Shown piece after piece: positions 8,606 to 17,190 of a DNA stretch of 64,000 nucleotides (the stretch's first letter is position 1; every line of letters starts with the position of its first letter). Where the stretch lies: positions 345 to 64,344 of the forward strand of contig JAFOKO010000069.1 of the NCBI GenBank assembly GCA_017419715.1, written 5' to 3'. The position numbers and the translations under genes were made by a program. This DNA is from Oscillospiraceae bacterium. Its GTDB lineage: Bacteria; Bacillota; Clostridia; Oscillospirales; Oscillospiraceae. The notes beneath the pieces are model-generated. The model worked only from the letters and a program-made list of their open reading frames with translations. It made no database searches and had not been told where the DNA came from.

Positions 8606-10156
8606 TTATTCCAGTTTTGAAATCAGTTCCAGAAACTCCGTGCGGAAATCATCGTTGGCCGCCGGCGTAAGCAGTTCCTTTGCGTGCTCCAGGCTGGATG
8701 TCCCCTTGTAGGCAGAATCTCTCAGCACCATTGCAACTTCAGCAACACCGGCTGCCCAGCGCAAATTATCGCTCATCGTGTCGTGGAATGCATCTTTCGC
8801 AACAGCATAGCTTTGCAGAACGCTCTCAGAGCTTTCCGGTGCTTTATAGCGGATGTTCAGCGTGCAAAGCTCATCGGCAAATTCCGCACTGCCTGTCTCT
8901 GTCTTTCCATATTTGGAGTCCACAGAAGGGATCTCAAAATCAGAGTCCACAGGAACGATCTCAAAGAGTGCCGTAATTTGATGCCCCGCGCCGATCTCGC
9001 CGCCGTCCTTGCTATCGTCGGCAAAGTCTGCGGCCGACATTACCCGGTTTTCGTAGCCGATCAAGCGGTAGCCCTTGATCTGGGCAGGATTGAACTCCAG
9101 CTGAAGCTTGACATCCTTGGCGACCGTAAACAGCGTGCCGCCCGCCTCGTTGACCAGGACGCGGCGTGCTTCGTCGATCGTGTCGATATAGGCGTAATTG
9201 CCGTTGCCGTTATCTGCCATGGATTCCAGCTTATTGTCCTTATAATTTCCCATTCCATAGCCCAGCACAGACAAGTAGACGCCGCTCTTTGCCTTTTCCT
9301 GGATCAGTCTGGTCAATTCTCCCTCACTCGTGATGCCGACATTAAAATCGCCGTCTGTCGCCATGATCACGCGATTGATGCCGCCATCGATGAAGTGTTG
9401 TTCCGCAATTTCGTAAGCCATCTGAATCGCCTTGTCTCCCTGCGTACAGCCATCCGCCACAAGCCCCTCGATCGCTGCAGCGATCTTCTGCTGCTCGCTA
9501 CCGTTCATGCCCTCTAAAATGACGCGCTCGCCGGAGGAATAGGTAACGATCGAAACCATATCGTTCTGATCCAAGGTCTCCACCAGTGTCAAGAAAGAAC
9601 GCTGAACCAGCGGAAGCTTATTGCTGGAATCCATAGAGCCGGAAACATCGATCAGAAAAACCAGATTAGACCGGGGAAGCTCGTCGGCATTCAATCTTTT
9701 GGTTTGCAGGCCGACAGACAGAAGCTGCGTTTTCTCATTCCAAGGGCAGGGCGCGATTTCTGTGGAAACGGAGAAAGGCTCGTCGCTTTCGGGCTCCGGG
9801 TAGTCGTAGTGGAAATAATTGATAAACTCCTCTACCCGAACAGAATCTGGCTGCACCTTCTGGCCGTTCACGATCTGTCTGCGGAAGTTGGAGTAGGAGG
9901 CCGTGTCGACATCTGCCGCAAAGGTGGCAAACGGATTCGCGGCAACGCTTTGGAAGCTGTTTTCCGGCAGATAATCGTATTCCTCCGTGTTCCAATCCGG
10001 TTCCATCACATCGACATACGCCTCTTCCGGGTAATACATGACATCCGCCTTCATTTCATTGACTGCCGCGTCCTTGCTGTTTGCGGCGCATCCGCTAAGC
10101 GCGGAGGCCAAAAGCATGCCGCTGAGTAGCAGTGCTCGAATCGATTGTTTTTTCAT
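8606..10156 (-). CDS. von Willebrand factor type A domain lipoprotein (YfbK-like).
   Basis: The preferred start is MKKQSIRALLLSGMLLASALSGC (lipobox) at 10156, with GGAAGGG upstream. The ORF extends to 10210. The vWA MIDAS region reads LVFLIDVSGSMDSSNKLPLV. Confidence 0.8.
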   Translation of the reverse strand: MKKQSIRALLLSGMLLASALSGCAANSKDAAVNEMKADVMYYPEEAYVDVMEPDWNTEEYDYLPENSFQSVAANPFATFAADVDTASYSNFRRQIVNGQKVQPDSVRVEEFINYFHYDYPEPESDEPFSVSTEIAPCPWNEKTQLLSVGLQTKRLNADELPRSNLVFLIDVSGSMDSSNKLPLVQRSFLTLVETLDQNDMVSIVTYSSGERVILEGMNGSEQQKIAAAIEGLVADGCTQGDKAIQMAYEIAEQHFIDGGINRVIMATDGDFNVGITSEGELTRLIQEKAKSGVYLSVLGYGMGNYKDNKLESMADNGNGNYAYIDTIDEARRVLVNEAGGTLFTVAKDVKLQLEFNPAQIKGYRLIGYENRVMSAADFADDSKDGGEIGAGHQITALFEIVPVDSDFEIPSVDSKYGKTETGSAEFADELCTLNIRYKAPESSESVLQSYAVAKDAFHDTMSDNLRWAAGVAEVAMVLRDSAYKGTSSLEHAKELLTPAANDDFRTEFLELISKLE

Positions 10157-10226
10157 AACAAACCCTTCCTTCTTTTTTTGATCCTGTTCATTAGACGGCG
10201 AATGATCCAAAATGTTCCAAAAAGTA

Positions 10227-10343
10227 TCTATTCAGTCGCTCCGTAGGGCGGCCCGACCTCAGGACGCCGTGCTCTCCGATTTGACATGTTTCCGGCGGCC
10301 AGAGCTCTGGCCGCCCTACGAGGGGAAGGGGTAACTGAATAGA
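10227..10343. repeat. 117-bp GC-rich nested palindromic element downstream of tRNA-Gly.
   Basis: Outer IR: TCTATTCAGT (10227-10236) with ACTGAATAGA (10334-10343). Inner IR: CGTAGGGCGGCC (10242-10253) with GGCCGCCCTACG (10309-10320). Central perfect palindrome: GGCGGCCAGAGCTCTGGCCGCC (10293-10314). Confidence 0.65.
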
Positions 10344-10344
10344 C

Positions 10345-10388
10345 AACCAAAAAGAAAAAATCTCTTGTCGCAAAGTACAAGAGATTTT
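10345..10388 (-). terminator. Rho-independent terminator after tRNA-Gly.
   Basis: Stem: AAAATCTCTTGT (10357-10368) with ACAAGAGATTTT (10377-10388). On the minus strand it is followed by TTTTTTCTTTTT. Confidence 0.8.
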
Positions 10389-10390
10389 TA

Positions 10391-10466
10391 TGGAGCGGGT
10401 GACGAGGCTCGAACTCGCTACCTCCACCTTGGCAAGGTGGCGCTCTACCGGATGAGCTACACCCGC
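10391..10466 (-). tRNA. tRNA-Gly (anticodon GCC), CCA encoded.
   Basis: Minus-strand sequence: GCGGGTGTAGCTCATCCGGTAGAGCGCCACCTTGCCAAGGTGGAGGTAGCGAGTTCGAGCCTCGTCACCCGCTCCA. The 7-bp acceptor stem pairs. The anticodon stem is CCACC/GGTGG with loop TTGCCAA. The T-loop is TTCGAGC. Confidence 0.92.
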
Positions 10467-10479
10467 AGGCAACGGAAAT

Positions 10480-10507
10480 ATTATAGCACATTCTGGTGAT
10501 TTGTCAA
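10480..10507 (-). promoter_or_regulatory. Near-consensus sigma-A promoter for tRNA-Gly.
   Basis: Minus strand: TTGACA, 16 nt ending in TGc, TATAAT. The -10 box is 13 nt upstream of the tRNA 5' end. Confidence 0.65.
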
Positions 10508-10526
10508 TATCTTTTTTATTTTTTTA

Positions 10527-11225
10527 TTATTTTGGTTCGGAGCAATAGAACTCCTCCATGGTATCCAGACACAGGCAGCCAAGCGTCCCAAAGAAAACCG
10601 CGCCACAGTCCATCGCAATATGCCGGTTTGCGCGATAGATTTTACCCTTATACTGTGGGTCGATCAGAACCGTGGGGGTATGTCCAGTCACCAAATACCT
10701 GTCGTCATAGTAGGCCTTGGTGTAATCCATTCTGGTCCAGATCATGTCCATCGGGTCGCAATCCTGGGGTTGCTTATTCTTCTCATAGGCCCCAACCCCG
10801 GCATGGACCAGCAGAAAGCGTCTGCCGTTCACCGTCAAGTCTTCATACAGCTTCAGCCCCGAGAGATAGTCTCGAATCGCCCGCTGTGATTCCCGTTGCA
10901 GTCCTTGGAAGGCATCCCAGGTCACTTTTCCCCCGTTTCGATCCGTCCAATTCACAAACGAACGAATGGCGGCGAACTGCTCCAGAAGGGACGGCTTGTT
11001 TTCCGCATTTTTGATCGCCTGTAAAAACATGTCCTCATGGTTTCCGCGCAACATCACTACATTTTCGCGCTGCATCACATCCAGAAGCAGCGGGATGCCA
11101 TCCCTTCCACGGTCTGCCACATCACCCAGCAAGTATAGGGTGTCCGCCGCGGAAAAGCGGATCTCTTCCAGCATACGCTGAAACAGCGTATAACATCCGT
11201 GCGGATCTGAAATCACATAATTCAT
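10527..11225 (-). CDS. Metallophosphoesterase / Ser-Thr protein phosphatase family (PrpE/ApaH-like).
   Basis: Motifs: ISDPHGC...LLGDVADRG...GNHE...VHAG...GHTP. The ATG at 11225 has GGAG 7 nt upstream. The ORF extends to 11237. Confidence 0.8.
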   Translation of the reverse strand: MNYVISDPHGCYTLFQRMLEEIRFSAADTLYLLGDVADRGRDGIPLLLDVMQRENVVMLRGNHEDMFLQAIKNAENKPSLLEQFAAIRSFVNWTDRNGGKVTWDAFQGLQRESQRAIRDYLSGLKLYEDLTVNGRRFLLVHAGVGAYEKNKQPQDCDPMDMIWTRMDYTKAYYDDRYLVTGHTPTVLIDPQYKGKIYRANRHIAMDCGAVFFGTLGCLCLDTMEEFYCSEPK

Positions 11226-11252
11226 AGAACACTCCATTCGGACAGAACGGGA

Positions 11253-13934
11253 TCACGGCTCGTTCGGTCCCTCTTCCGCTTCCTCCAAAACTGCCGCTTC
11301 ATCGTCCGGTTCTACGGGTGTGCCGTTTTGCATGGCCGCCCATTTCTCCTTGGTGATCAAAAGCTGTCGGGGCTTGGAGCCTTCGAAGGGTCCGACAATC
11401 CCCCGTTCCTCCATTTCGTCCACGATGCGGGCAGCGCGGGCGTAGCCCAGTTTAAGACGCCGCTGCAACAGAGAGACGGAACACAGGCCGGACTCCAGGA
11501 TCACCTCGACGGCGGCCGGCAGCAGCTCATCTCCCTCCTCATCTTCGGCAACCGCGCCGCTGGGATTGGAAGGCGTTGCGCTGGAGCTGGCCGCGTTGCC
11601 CTTGCCGGACTGGGACGCTCTCTGCTCGATCTCCTGCTGAACTTCGTCGTTATAATCGGCGCTGCCGTTGGCCTTGACAAAGTCGATGACCCGTTGGACC
11701 TCCGTCTCGTCGATATAACAGCCTTGCACCCGCTTTTTCCCCTTGCCCAGGGGCGCATAGAGCATATCGCCGCGGCCGATCAGCTTTTCCGCGCCCATTG
11801 CATCCAGAATGATCCGGGATTCCATGGCGCTGGACACGACCAAGGCGATCCGAGAGGGGATATTCGCCTTCATCAAGCCGGTGATCACATCTGCAGAAGG
11901 ACGCTGGGTTGCGATGACCAGGTGAACACCTGCAGCGCGGCCCATCTGGGCAATGCGGCAAATGGCCTCTTCTACTTCTTTCCCTGCAACCAGCATCAGA
12001 TCCGCCAGCTCGTCGATCACCACAACAAGCTTCGGGATCGTCTCCAGGGCTTCATCGGCAGCAGCCAGCTTGTTAAAGGATTCGATATCCCGCACCCCTG
12101 CTTCCGACAAAGAACGATAGCGGCGCATCATCTCCGTGACAGCCCACTGCAGCGCGCCGGCAGCCTTCTTGGCGTCTGTCACCACCGGGATCAGCAGATG
12201 CGGAATGCCGTTATAGATGCCAAACTCCACCATCTTCGGGTCCACCACAATGAGCTTTACCTCGTCGGGCGTGGCCTTATAGAGCAGTGAGATCAAAATG
12301 CTGTTGGTGCAGACGGATTTGCCGGAACCCGTGGTGCCGGCGATCAGCACATGCGGCATCTTGGCGATATCACCGATCACACAGGCTCCGTTGATGTCCT
12401 TGCCCACAGCAAAGGAGATCTTGGACTTTGCTCCGCGGAATTCTTTCGAATCGATCACCTCGCGGATGGAAACGGTGCTCACCTGTTTATTGGGGACTTC
12501 AATGCCTACCATGGAGTTTTTGTCGGGGATCGCGGAGATTCGAACGCCGGAAGCGCCCAACTCCAGCGCAATATCATCTGCCAGGCCCGTCAACTTATTC
12601 AGTCGCACGCCCTGGGCCAGCTGCAGCTCATACATTGTGACATTCGGGCCCCGGGTGACATTGACGATCTGGGCGTCAACATTGAAGCACGCCAGCTTTT
12701 CCTGAAGCCGTCTGGTGTTTTCCCGCATTTCCGCGCTGGCATCGATATTGTCGCGAGTAACCGTATTCAGCAGGTCGATAGGCGGATAGACATACAAAGG
12801 CTTCTCCTGATCCGCATCCTGTGTCTGTGCGGATTCGATCTCCATGCCAATCTCTGCAGCGGCCCTTCTGGCTTCGGAAGCCTTCACTTTTTCAGACGGC
12901 GGCGTCTTGACGGGCGGCGCTTCGATCTCCTGCGCCGCCGGAGCAACGGGATCAGCCGGAGGCTCCGGCGCCACTTTGGCCCGCTTCAGCGGCACAGGGG
13001 CAGAGAACGCCGTCTGCTCGGGTTCAATCTCTTCTTTGGACGGCAAGATCGGATCATCAATCGGCAGGTCAATGTCCAGGCGACGGGACGGTTTTGCGCG
13101 TCTCTGCTTGACAGGCTCCTGGGGAAGCTGGACTGGCACGGCGGGTCCCTGCTTCGTATTATTCACGGTTCGGGCTTGTTCCGGATCGTCCACCGGCAGA
13201 TCGTAGGCAAAGCGGCGCTGCTCCTGGCGGCGAAGCTCCCGCTCCTGCTTGCGCTCTCCCCGAATCTCACGGTGCTGTATGGCACGATCCACCAAGACCT
13301 CTGCAGGCTCCCTTCGCTGGGGACGATCCATGCGGCGAAGCTCGTCCCGGCGATCATTGATTGCCCGAAGCAGTCCGGTCAAGGTCAAATTCAAGGAGGC
13401 GGGCAGGGTAACGATCAGCAGCAGAATGCAGATCGCCCAACCCACAGCATTGCCGCCGGGCAAGCAAAAGAGCATGGCCAGCAGGCCGCCGAACAGGCCG
13501 CCAGAGATGCCGCTTGCTCCCTCCTCATAGAGAACGCCGATCAAATCGCCGCCCCATACTGCCTTGGATTCTCCAATTACCAGATGGGCCATGGCGGAAA
13601 CCAGCAAGGCAAAGCCCAGCGAACAGAGTACCCGCATCGTAACCGGTCTTCCGTCATGGAAAAGCAGTGCGACCGCGCACAGGATCAAACCGAGGGGAAG
13701 TACAACCAATCCCACATGTCCGACCATTCCCATAAAAAGCTTCGCAAGCACGCTTTGCTTATCCATGCCGCTCAGCAGGATCAGCAGCGCGAAGACCGCG
13801 CATGCAACACCCCAGATCTCCTTTCGAAACGCCGAAAGGATCCCCGGTTCCTGCTGTTTCCGTTTGGAGGGCGATTGCTTGCCGGCGTTTTTCGGTTTCC
13901 CGTTCGTTTTGGTTTTCTTTTTGCTTGTTGTCAT
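11253..13934 (-). CDS. ftsK: DNA translocase FtsK/SpoIIIE.
   Basis: 893 aa: N-terminal TM segments, a long Pro/charged linker, the motor domain (HVLIAGTTGSGKS...VVVIDELADL), and a C-terminal gamma winged-helix (LQRRLKLGYARAARIVDEME). Confidence 0.92.
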   Translation of the reverse strand: MTTSKKKTKTNGKPKNAGKQSPSKRKQQEPGILSAFRKEIWGVACAVFALLILLSGMDKQSVLAKLFMGMVGHVGLVVLPLGLILCAVALLFHDGRPVTMRVLCSLGFALLVSAMAHLVIGESKAVWGGDLIGVLYEEGASGISGGLFGGLLAMLFCLPGGNAVGWAICILLLIVTLPASLNLTLTGLLRAINDRRDELRRMDRPQRREPAEVLVDRAIQHREIRGERKQERELRRQEQRRFAYDLPVDDPEQARTVNNTKQGPAVPVQLPQEPVKQRRAKPSRRLDIDLPIDDPILPSKEEIEPEQTAFSAPVPLKRAKVAPEPPADPVAPAAQEIEAPPVKTPPSEKVKASEARRAAAEIGMEIESAQTQDADQEKPLYVYPPIDLLNTVTRDNIDASAEMRENTRRLQEKLACFNVDAQIVNVTRGPNVTMYELQLAQGVRLNKLTGLADDIALELGASGVRISAIPDKNSMVGIEVPNKQVSTVSIREVIDSKEFRGAKSKISFAVGKDINGACVIGDIAKMPHVLIAGTTGSGKSVCTNSILISLLYKATPDEVKLIVVDPKMVEFGIYNGIPHLLIPVVTDAKKAAGALQWAVTEMMRRYRSLSEAGVRDIESFNKLAAADEALETIPKLVVVIDELADLMLVAGKEVEEAICRIAQMGRAAGVHLVIATQRPSADVITGLMKANIPSRIALVVSSAMESRIILDAMGAEKLIGRGDMLYAPLGKGKKRVQGCYIDETEVQRVIDFVKANGSADYNDEVQQEIEQRASQSGKGNAASSSATPSNPSGAVAEDEEGDELLPAAVEVILESGLCSVSLLQRRLKLGYARAARIVDEMEERGIVGPFEGSKPRQLLITKEKWAAMQNGTPVEPDDEAAVLEEAEEGPNEP

Positions 13935-13986
13935 AATATGAAATGCTCCTACGATTGGAATCTTGATCAGAATTGCGGCGTGCGCA

Positions 13987-14832
13987 TTACGCGGAGATCA
14001 AAAACAGGATCAGGGAGAGGACCCCCGCTCCCCAGGACCAATAGGCAAACACAGTGGGACTTCGGTGCGCCATAAGATCGGTGAAAAAGCGCAGGGTGAA
14101 AAAGCCCACCAGCGCGGAAAGCGCAAAGCCCAAAATCAGATACGGCGCCGTAGCGAGGCTTCCCGTTCCCCCGCCGGCTGAAATGAGTTGGACCAACCCG
14201 GAAGCCAGGAAAACCGGAATGCCCAGCAGGCCGGCAAACTCGGCTGCCGCCGTCCCATTCATGCCGCGATGCAGCAGCACAGACACCACCAACCCAGAGC
14301 GGGAAAGGCCGGGAAAAACCGTAAGTATCTGCACGATACCAGTCAAAATTGCGTCGTGCAGCGTCATTTCGCGAATGATCCGCTCGCCCCGCGCCGAACG
14401 AGCCGTAAAAAACAGCACGATACCGGACAAGATCAGCAACGCGCAGATATAGAGCAGCGCATAGTCTCCGGTCTCGATCTGTTTGCGCAGCGTGTTGAGG
14501 AAAAAAGCAAGGACCATAGGAAGCGCCGCCATGAAAACCAGCAGGCCCAATCTTCTGCCAAAGGGAACGCCGCGCTCGCGTTTGGGCGGACGGATCACCC
14601 CCAGCAAGACCAGGTTTTCCTGCAGCATTTCTTTGAGATGCGCATGATAAAACAACAGGCCCGCAAAGCCTACCCCTAAGAGCAGCATGGCGCGGAAGGA
14701 CTGAAAGGCAGCTCCTGTGACAGGAACGCCCAGGATTTCGGCAAGCAGATAGATATGCCCAGAGCCGGACACGGGCAAAATCTCTGTGATTCCGGCAGCA
14801 AGGGCCAGCAAAACAGCGGCAAGAATGGTCAT
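13987..14832 (-). CDS. uppP: Undecaprenyl-diphosphate phosphatase.
   Basis: 281 aa, polytopic. ITEILPVSGSGH and PGLSRSG are the BacA/UppP motifs. Confidence 0.88.
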   Translation of the reverse strand: MTILAAVLLALAAGITEILPVSGSGHIYLLAEILGVPVTGAAFQSFRAMLLLGVGFAGLLFYHAHLKEMLQENLVLLGVIRPPKRERGVPFGRRLGLLVFMAALPMVLAFFLNTLRKQIETGDYALLYICALLILSGIVLFFTARSARGERIIREMTLHDAILTGIVQILTVFPGLSRSGLVVSVLLHRGMNGTAAAEFAGLLGIPVFLASGLVQLISAGGGTGSLATAPYLILGFALSALVGFFTLRFFTDLMAHRSPTVFAYWSWGAGVLSLILFLISA

Positions 14833-14986
14833 AGTTCCTCCATTAGGCGAATCGTCGCCACATCTGGGTTATTATACCATATCAACGATCGGATTTCCAG
14901 CTTTTTTTCCGTGATCCAAAGGGCGAATTAGAATACTTTTCCGATACCTGGAAAAGCTAAGGAAAAAACAAACAGGAGCTGATCAC

Positions 14987-15688
14987 ATGGAACTTGAAAC
15001 GAAACCAACCGCAGAAGGCGCAATGCCGGAGCAGAAACTGGACCAAACGCTGGAGCTCGGTTCCGGCTTAGTTCGGACTCAGTACGGCAATATCTATATT
15101 CTCACCATCATTGGGCAGATCGAGGGGCACCAGGTGCTTCCGGAAACGGTGAAAACCACAAAATATGAACATCTGATGCCTTTATTGGCACAAATCGAGG
15201 AAAGTGAACAAGTTGACGGCCTGTTGCTCCTGCTCAACACGGTAGGCGGAGACATTGAAGCAGGACTTGCTATCGCGGAGCTGATCTCCGGGATGAAGAC
15301 CCCTTCCGTCTCTCTGGTGCTCGGAGGCGGACATTCCATCGGCGTTCCGCTGGCCGTAGCAGCTCAATGCTGCATGATCGCTCCGACCGCCGGCATGACC
15401 ATTCACCCGGTCCGCATGAGCGGTACTGTGGTCGGCGCACCGGCGACCTTTCAATACTTTAACCGCATTCAAAGTCAAATCGTTGACTTTGTGGCGGAAA
15501 ACTCTCATATTTCCAAAAAGCGTTTCACAGAGTTCATGATGGCCACGGGTGAGTTGGCCACCGATGTCGGCACTGTGCTTTACGGCAAGCAAGCGGTGGA
15601 TTGCGGTCTCATAGAGCGTCTGGGCAGTCTCTCCGAAGCTCTGGACCGCTTGCATCAAATGATCGCAGAACGGGCGGCGCAGGGATAG
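14987..15688 (+). CDS. ClpP-fold serine protease family protein (TepA/YmfB-like).
   Basis: 233 aa. ILTIIGQIEGH...LLLLNTVGGDIEAGLAIAELI...GGGHSIG resembles the ClpP-class TepA family. Confidence 0.7.
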   Translation: MELETKPTAEGAMPEQKLDQTLELGSGLVRTQYGNIYILTIIGQIEGHQVLPETVKTTKYEHLMPLLAQIEESEQVDGLLLLLNTVGGDIEAGLAIAELISGMKTPSVSLVLGGGHSIGVPLAVAAQCCMIAPTAGMTIHPVRMSGTVVGAPATFQYFNRIQSQIVDFVAENSHISKKRFTEFMMATGELATDVGTVLYGKQAVDCGLIERLGSLSEALDRLHQMIAERAAQG

Positions 15689-15740
15689 GAAAAACGGCAA
15701 GGAGATCCCAACGATCCCCTTGCCGCTTTTGAATTGCATG

Positions 15741-17189
15741 TTACAGTTTGCCGCCGGCTTCCAGGAGCATGTTCTGCTTGATATCCCAGAGCTTTTGGCT
15801 CAGGTCTACATAGTAGGCGTGCGGGTTATCAAATCGCTTTACCTCATCCCAGAGCGTATCCACCTGGGCGGCGCAGTAGGCGCGGATCGTCTGCAGGTCC
15901 GGAAGATCGTAGACCAGCTTCCCCTTCTGGAAAATGGGGACCTGAAGCTCCTTGGCTTCAAAGTCATAGACCAGCTTGCGCTTCCAGACCGCTTCCGGAT
16001 CGAAGATTTCAAAATCGCCGCTGTCGTCCACGGTCTCGTCGTACACGCTCAGATAGTCTGCGATTGCCTTGCCGGTATCTCGGCCATAGAAACGCCAAAC
16101 TTTTTTGTAGTGCGGATTGGTGATCTTTCCGACATTCTCGCTCACTTTGATCTTGGGAACGATCTTTCCGTCCGCATCTTCCACGGCGCAGACCTTATAG
16201 ACGCCGCCGAATACCGGCTCGGATTTTGCGGTGATCATGCGTTCGCCCACACCAAAGAGGTCGATCTGGGCGCCCTGATCCAAAATATCTTTGATAAGAT
16301 ACTCGTCCATCGAGTTGGAGACAGAGATCTTGCATTCCGTCCAGCCTGCCTCGTCCAGCATTTCTCTGGCTTTCCGGGTAAGATAGGCCATATCGCCGGA
16401 GTCGATGCGGATGCCACACTTCTTGATCCCCAAAGGCTTCAGCACTTCATTGAAGGCGCGAATGGCATCGGGAATGCCAGAACGCAGGGAGTTATAGGTA
16501 TCGACCAGCAGCGTTGCATTTCTGGGGTAGATCTCACAGTATTTCTTGAAGGCTTCATACTGGGAATCAAACATCTGGACCCAGGAATGGGCCATTGTTC
16601 CGCCGGCCGGCACGCCAAAGCGCTCGTCGGAGATGGTGCAGGCAGTCCCGTTGACGCCGCCGATATAACACGCTCTGGCACCGTTGATGGCTGCAGCAGT
16701 TCCCTGTGCCCGACGGGAGCCGAATTCCAGCACCGTCCGTCCATCTGCAGCCCGGACGATCCGGTTCGCCTTGGTGGCGATCAGGCTTTGATGGTTGAGC
16801 GCCAATAGCACATAAGTTTCAATGAACTGTGCTTCAATGGAAGGCGCACGGACCGTCATGATCGGCTCGTTGGGGAAAACGGGCGTTCCCTCAGGGATGG
16901 CCCAAATATCTCCTGTAAAATGGAAGTCGCGCAAATAGGCCAGGAAAGCTTCATCGAAAAGGCCCTTTCCACGAAGATAGGAAATGTCCTCCTCTGTGAA
17001 TTTCAGGTTTTGAATATACTCCACCACATCCTGCAGACCAGCCGTAATGGCAAAGCCGCCCTTATCGGGAATGGAGCGGAAAAATACATCAAAATAGGAA
17101 ATCGTGTCTTTCTTCCCGGTCAAAAAATAGCCGTTTGCCATTGTGAGCTCATAAAAGTCACAGAGCATTGTCATGTTTTCGCGTTCCAT
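15741..17189 (-). CDS. pncB: Nicotinate phosphoribosyltransferase.
   Basis: 482 aa. LCDFYELTMANGYF...EFGSRRAQG...GTMAHSWV...IRIDSGD. Confidence 0.9.
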   Translation of the reverse strand: MERENMTMLCDFYELTMANGYFLTGKKDTISYFDVFFRSIPDKGGFAITAGLQDVVEYIQNLKFTEEDISYLRGKGLFDEAFLAYLRDFHFTGDIWAIPEGTPVFPNEPIMTVRAPSIEAQFIETYVLLALNHQSLIATKANRIVRAADGRTVLEFGSRRAQGTAAAINGARACYIGGVNGTACTISDERFGVPAGGTMAHSWVQMFDSQYEAFKKYCEIYPRNATLLVDTYNSLRSGIPDAIRAFNEVLKPLGIKKCGIRIDSGDMAYLTRKAREMLDEAGWTECKISVSNSMDEYLIKDILDQGAQIDLFGVGERMITAKSEPVFGGVYKVCAVEDADGKIVPKIKVSENVGKITNPHYKKVWRFYGRDTGKAIADYLSVYDETVDDSGDFEIFDPEAVWKRKLVYDFEAKELQVPIFQKGKLVYDLPDLQTIRAYCAAQVDTLWDEVKRFDNPHAYYVDLSQKLWDIKQNMLLEAGGKL

Positions 17190-17190
17190 T

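Noticed and set aside
10211-10526. tRNA-Gly as an integration site for a genomic island or prophage.
   Set aside because: There is no integrase, no duplicated tRNA 3' end, and the flanking genes (vWA lipoprotein, phosphatase, ftsK) are ordinary chromosomal genes. Only a small palindromic repeat is present.
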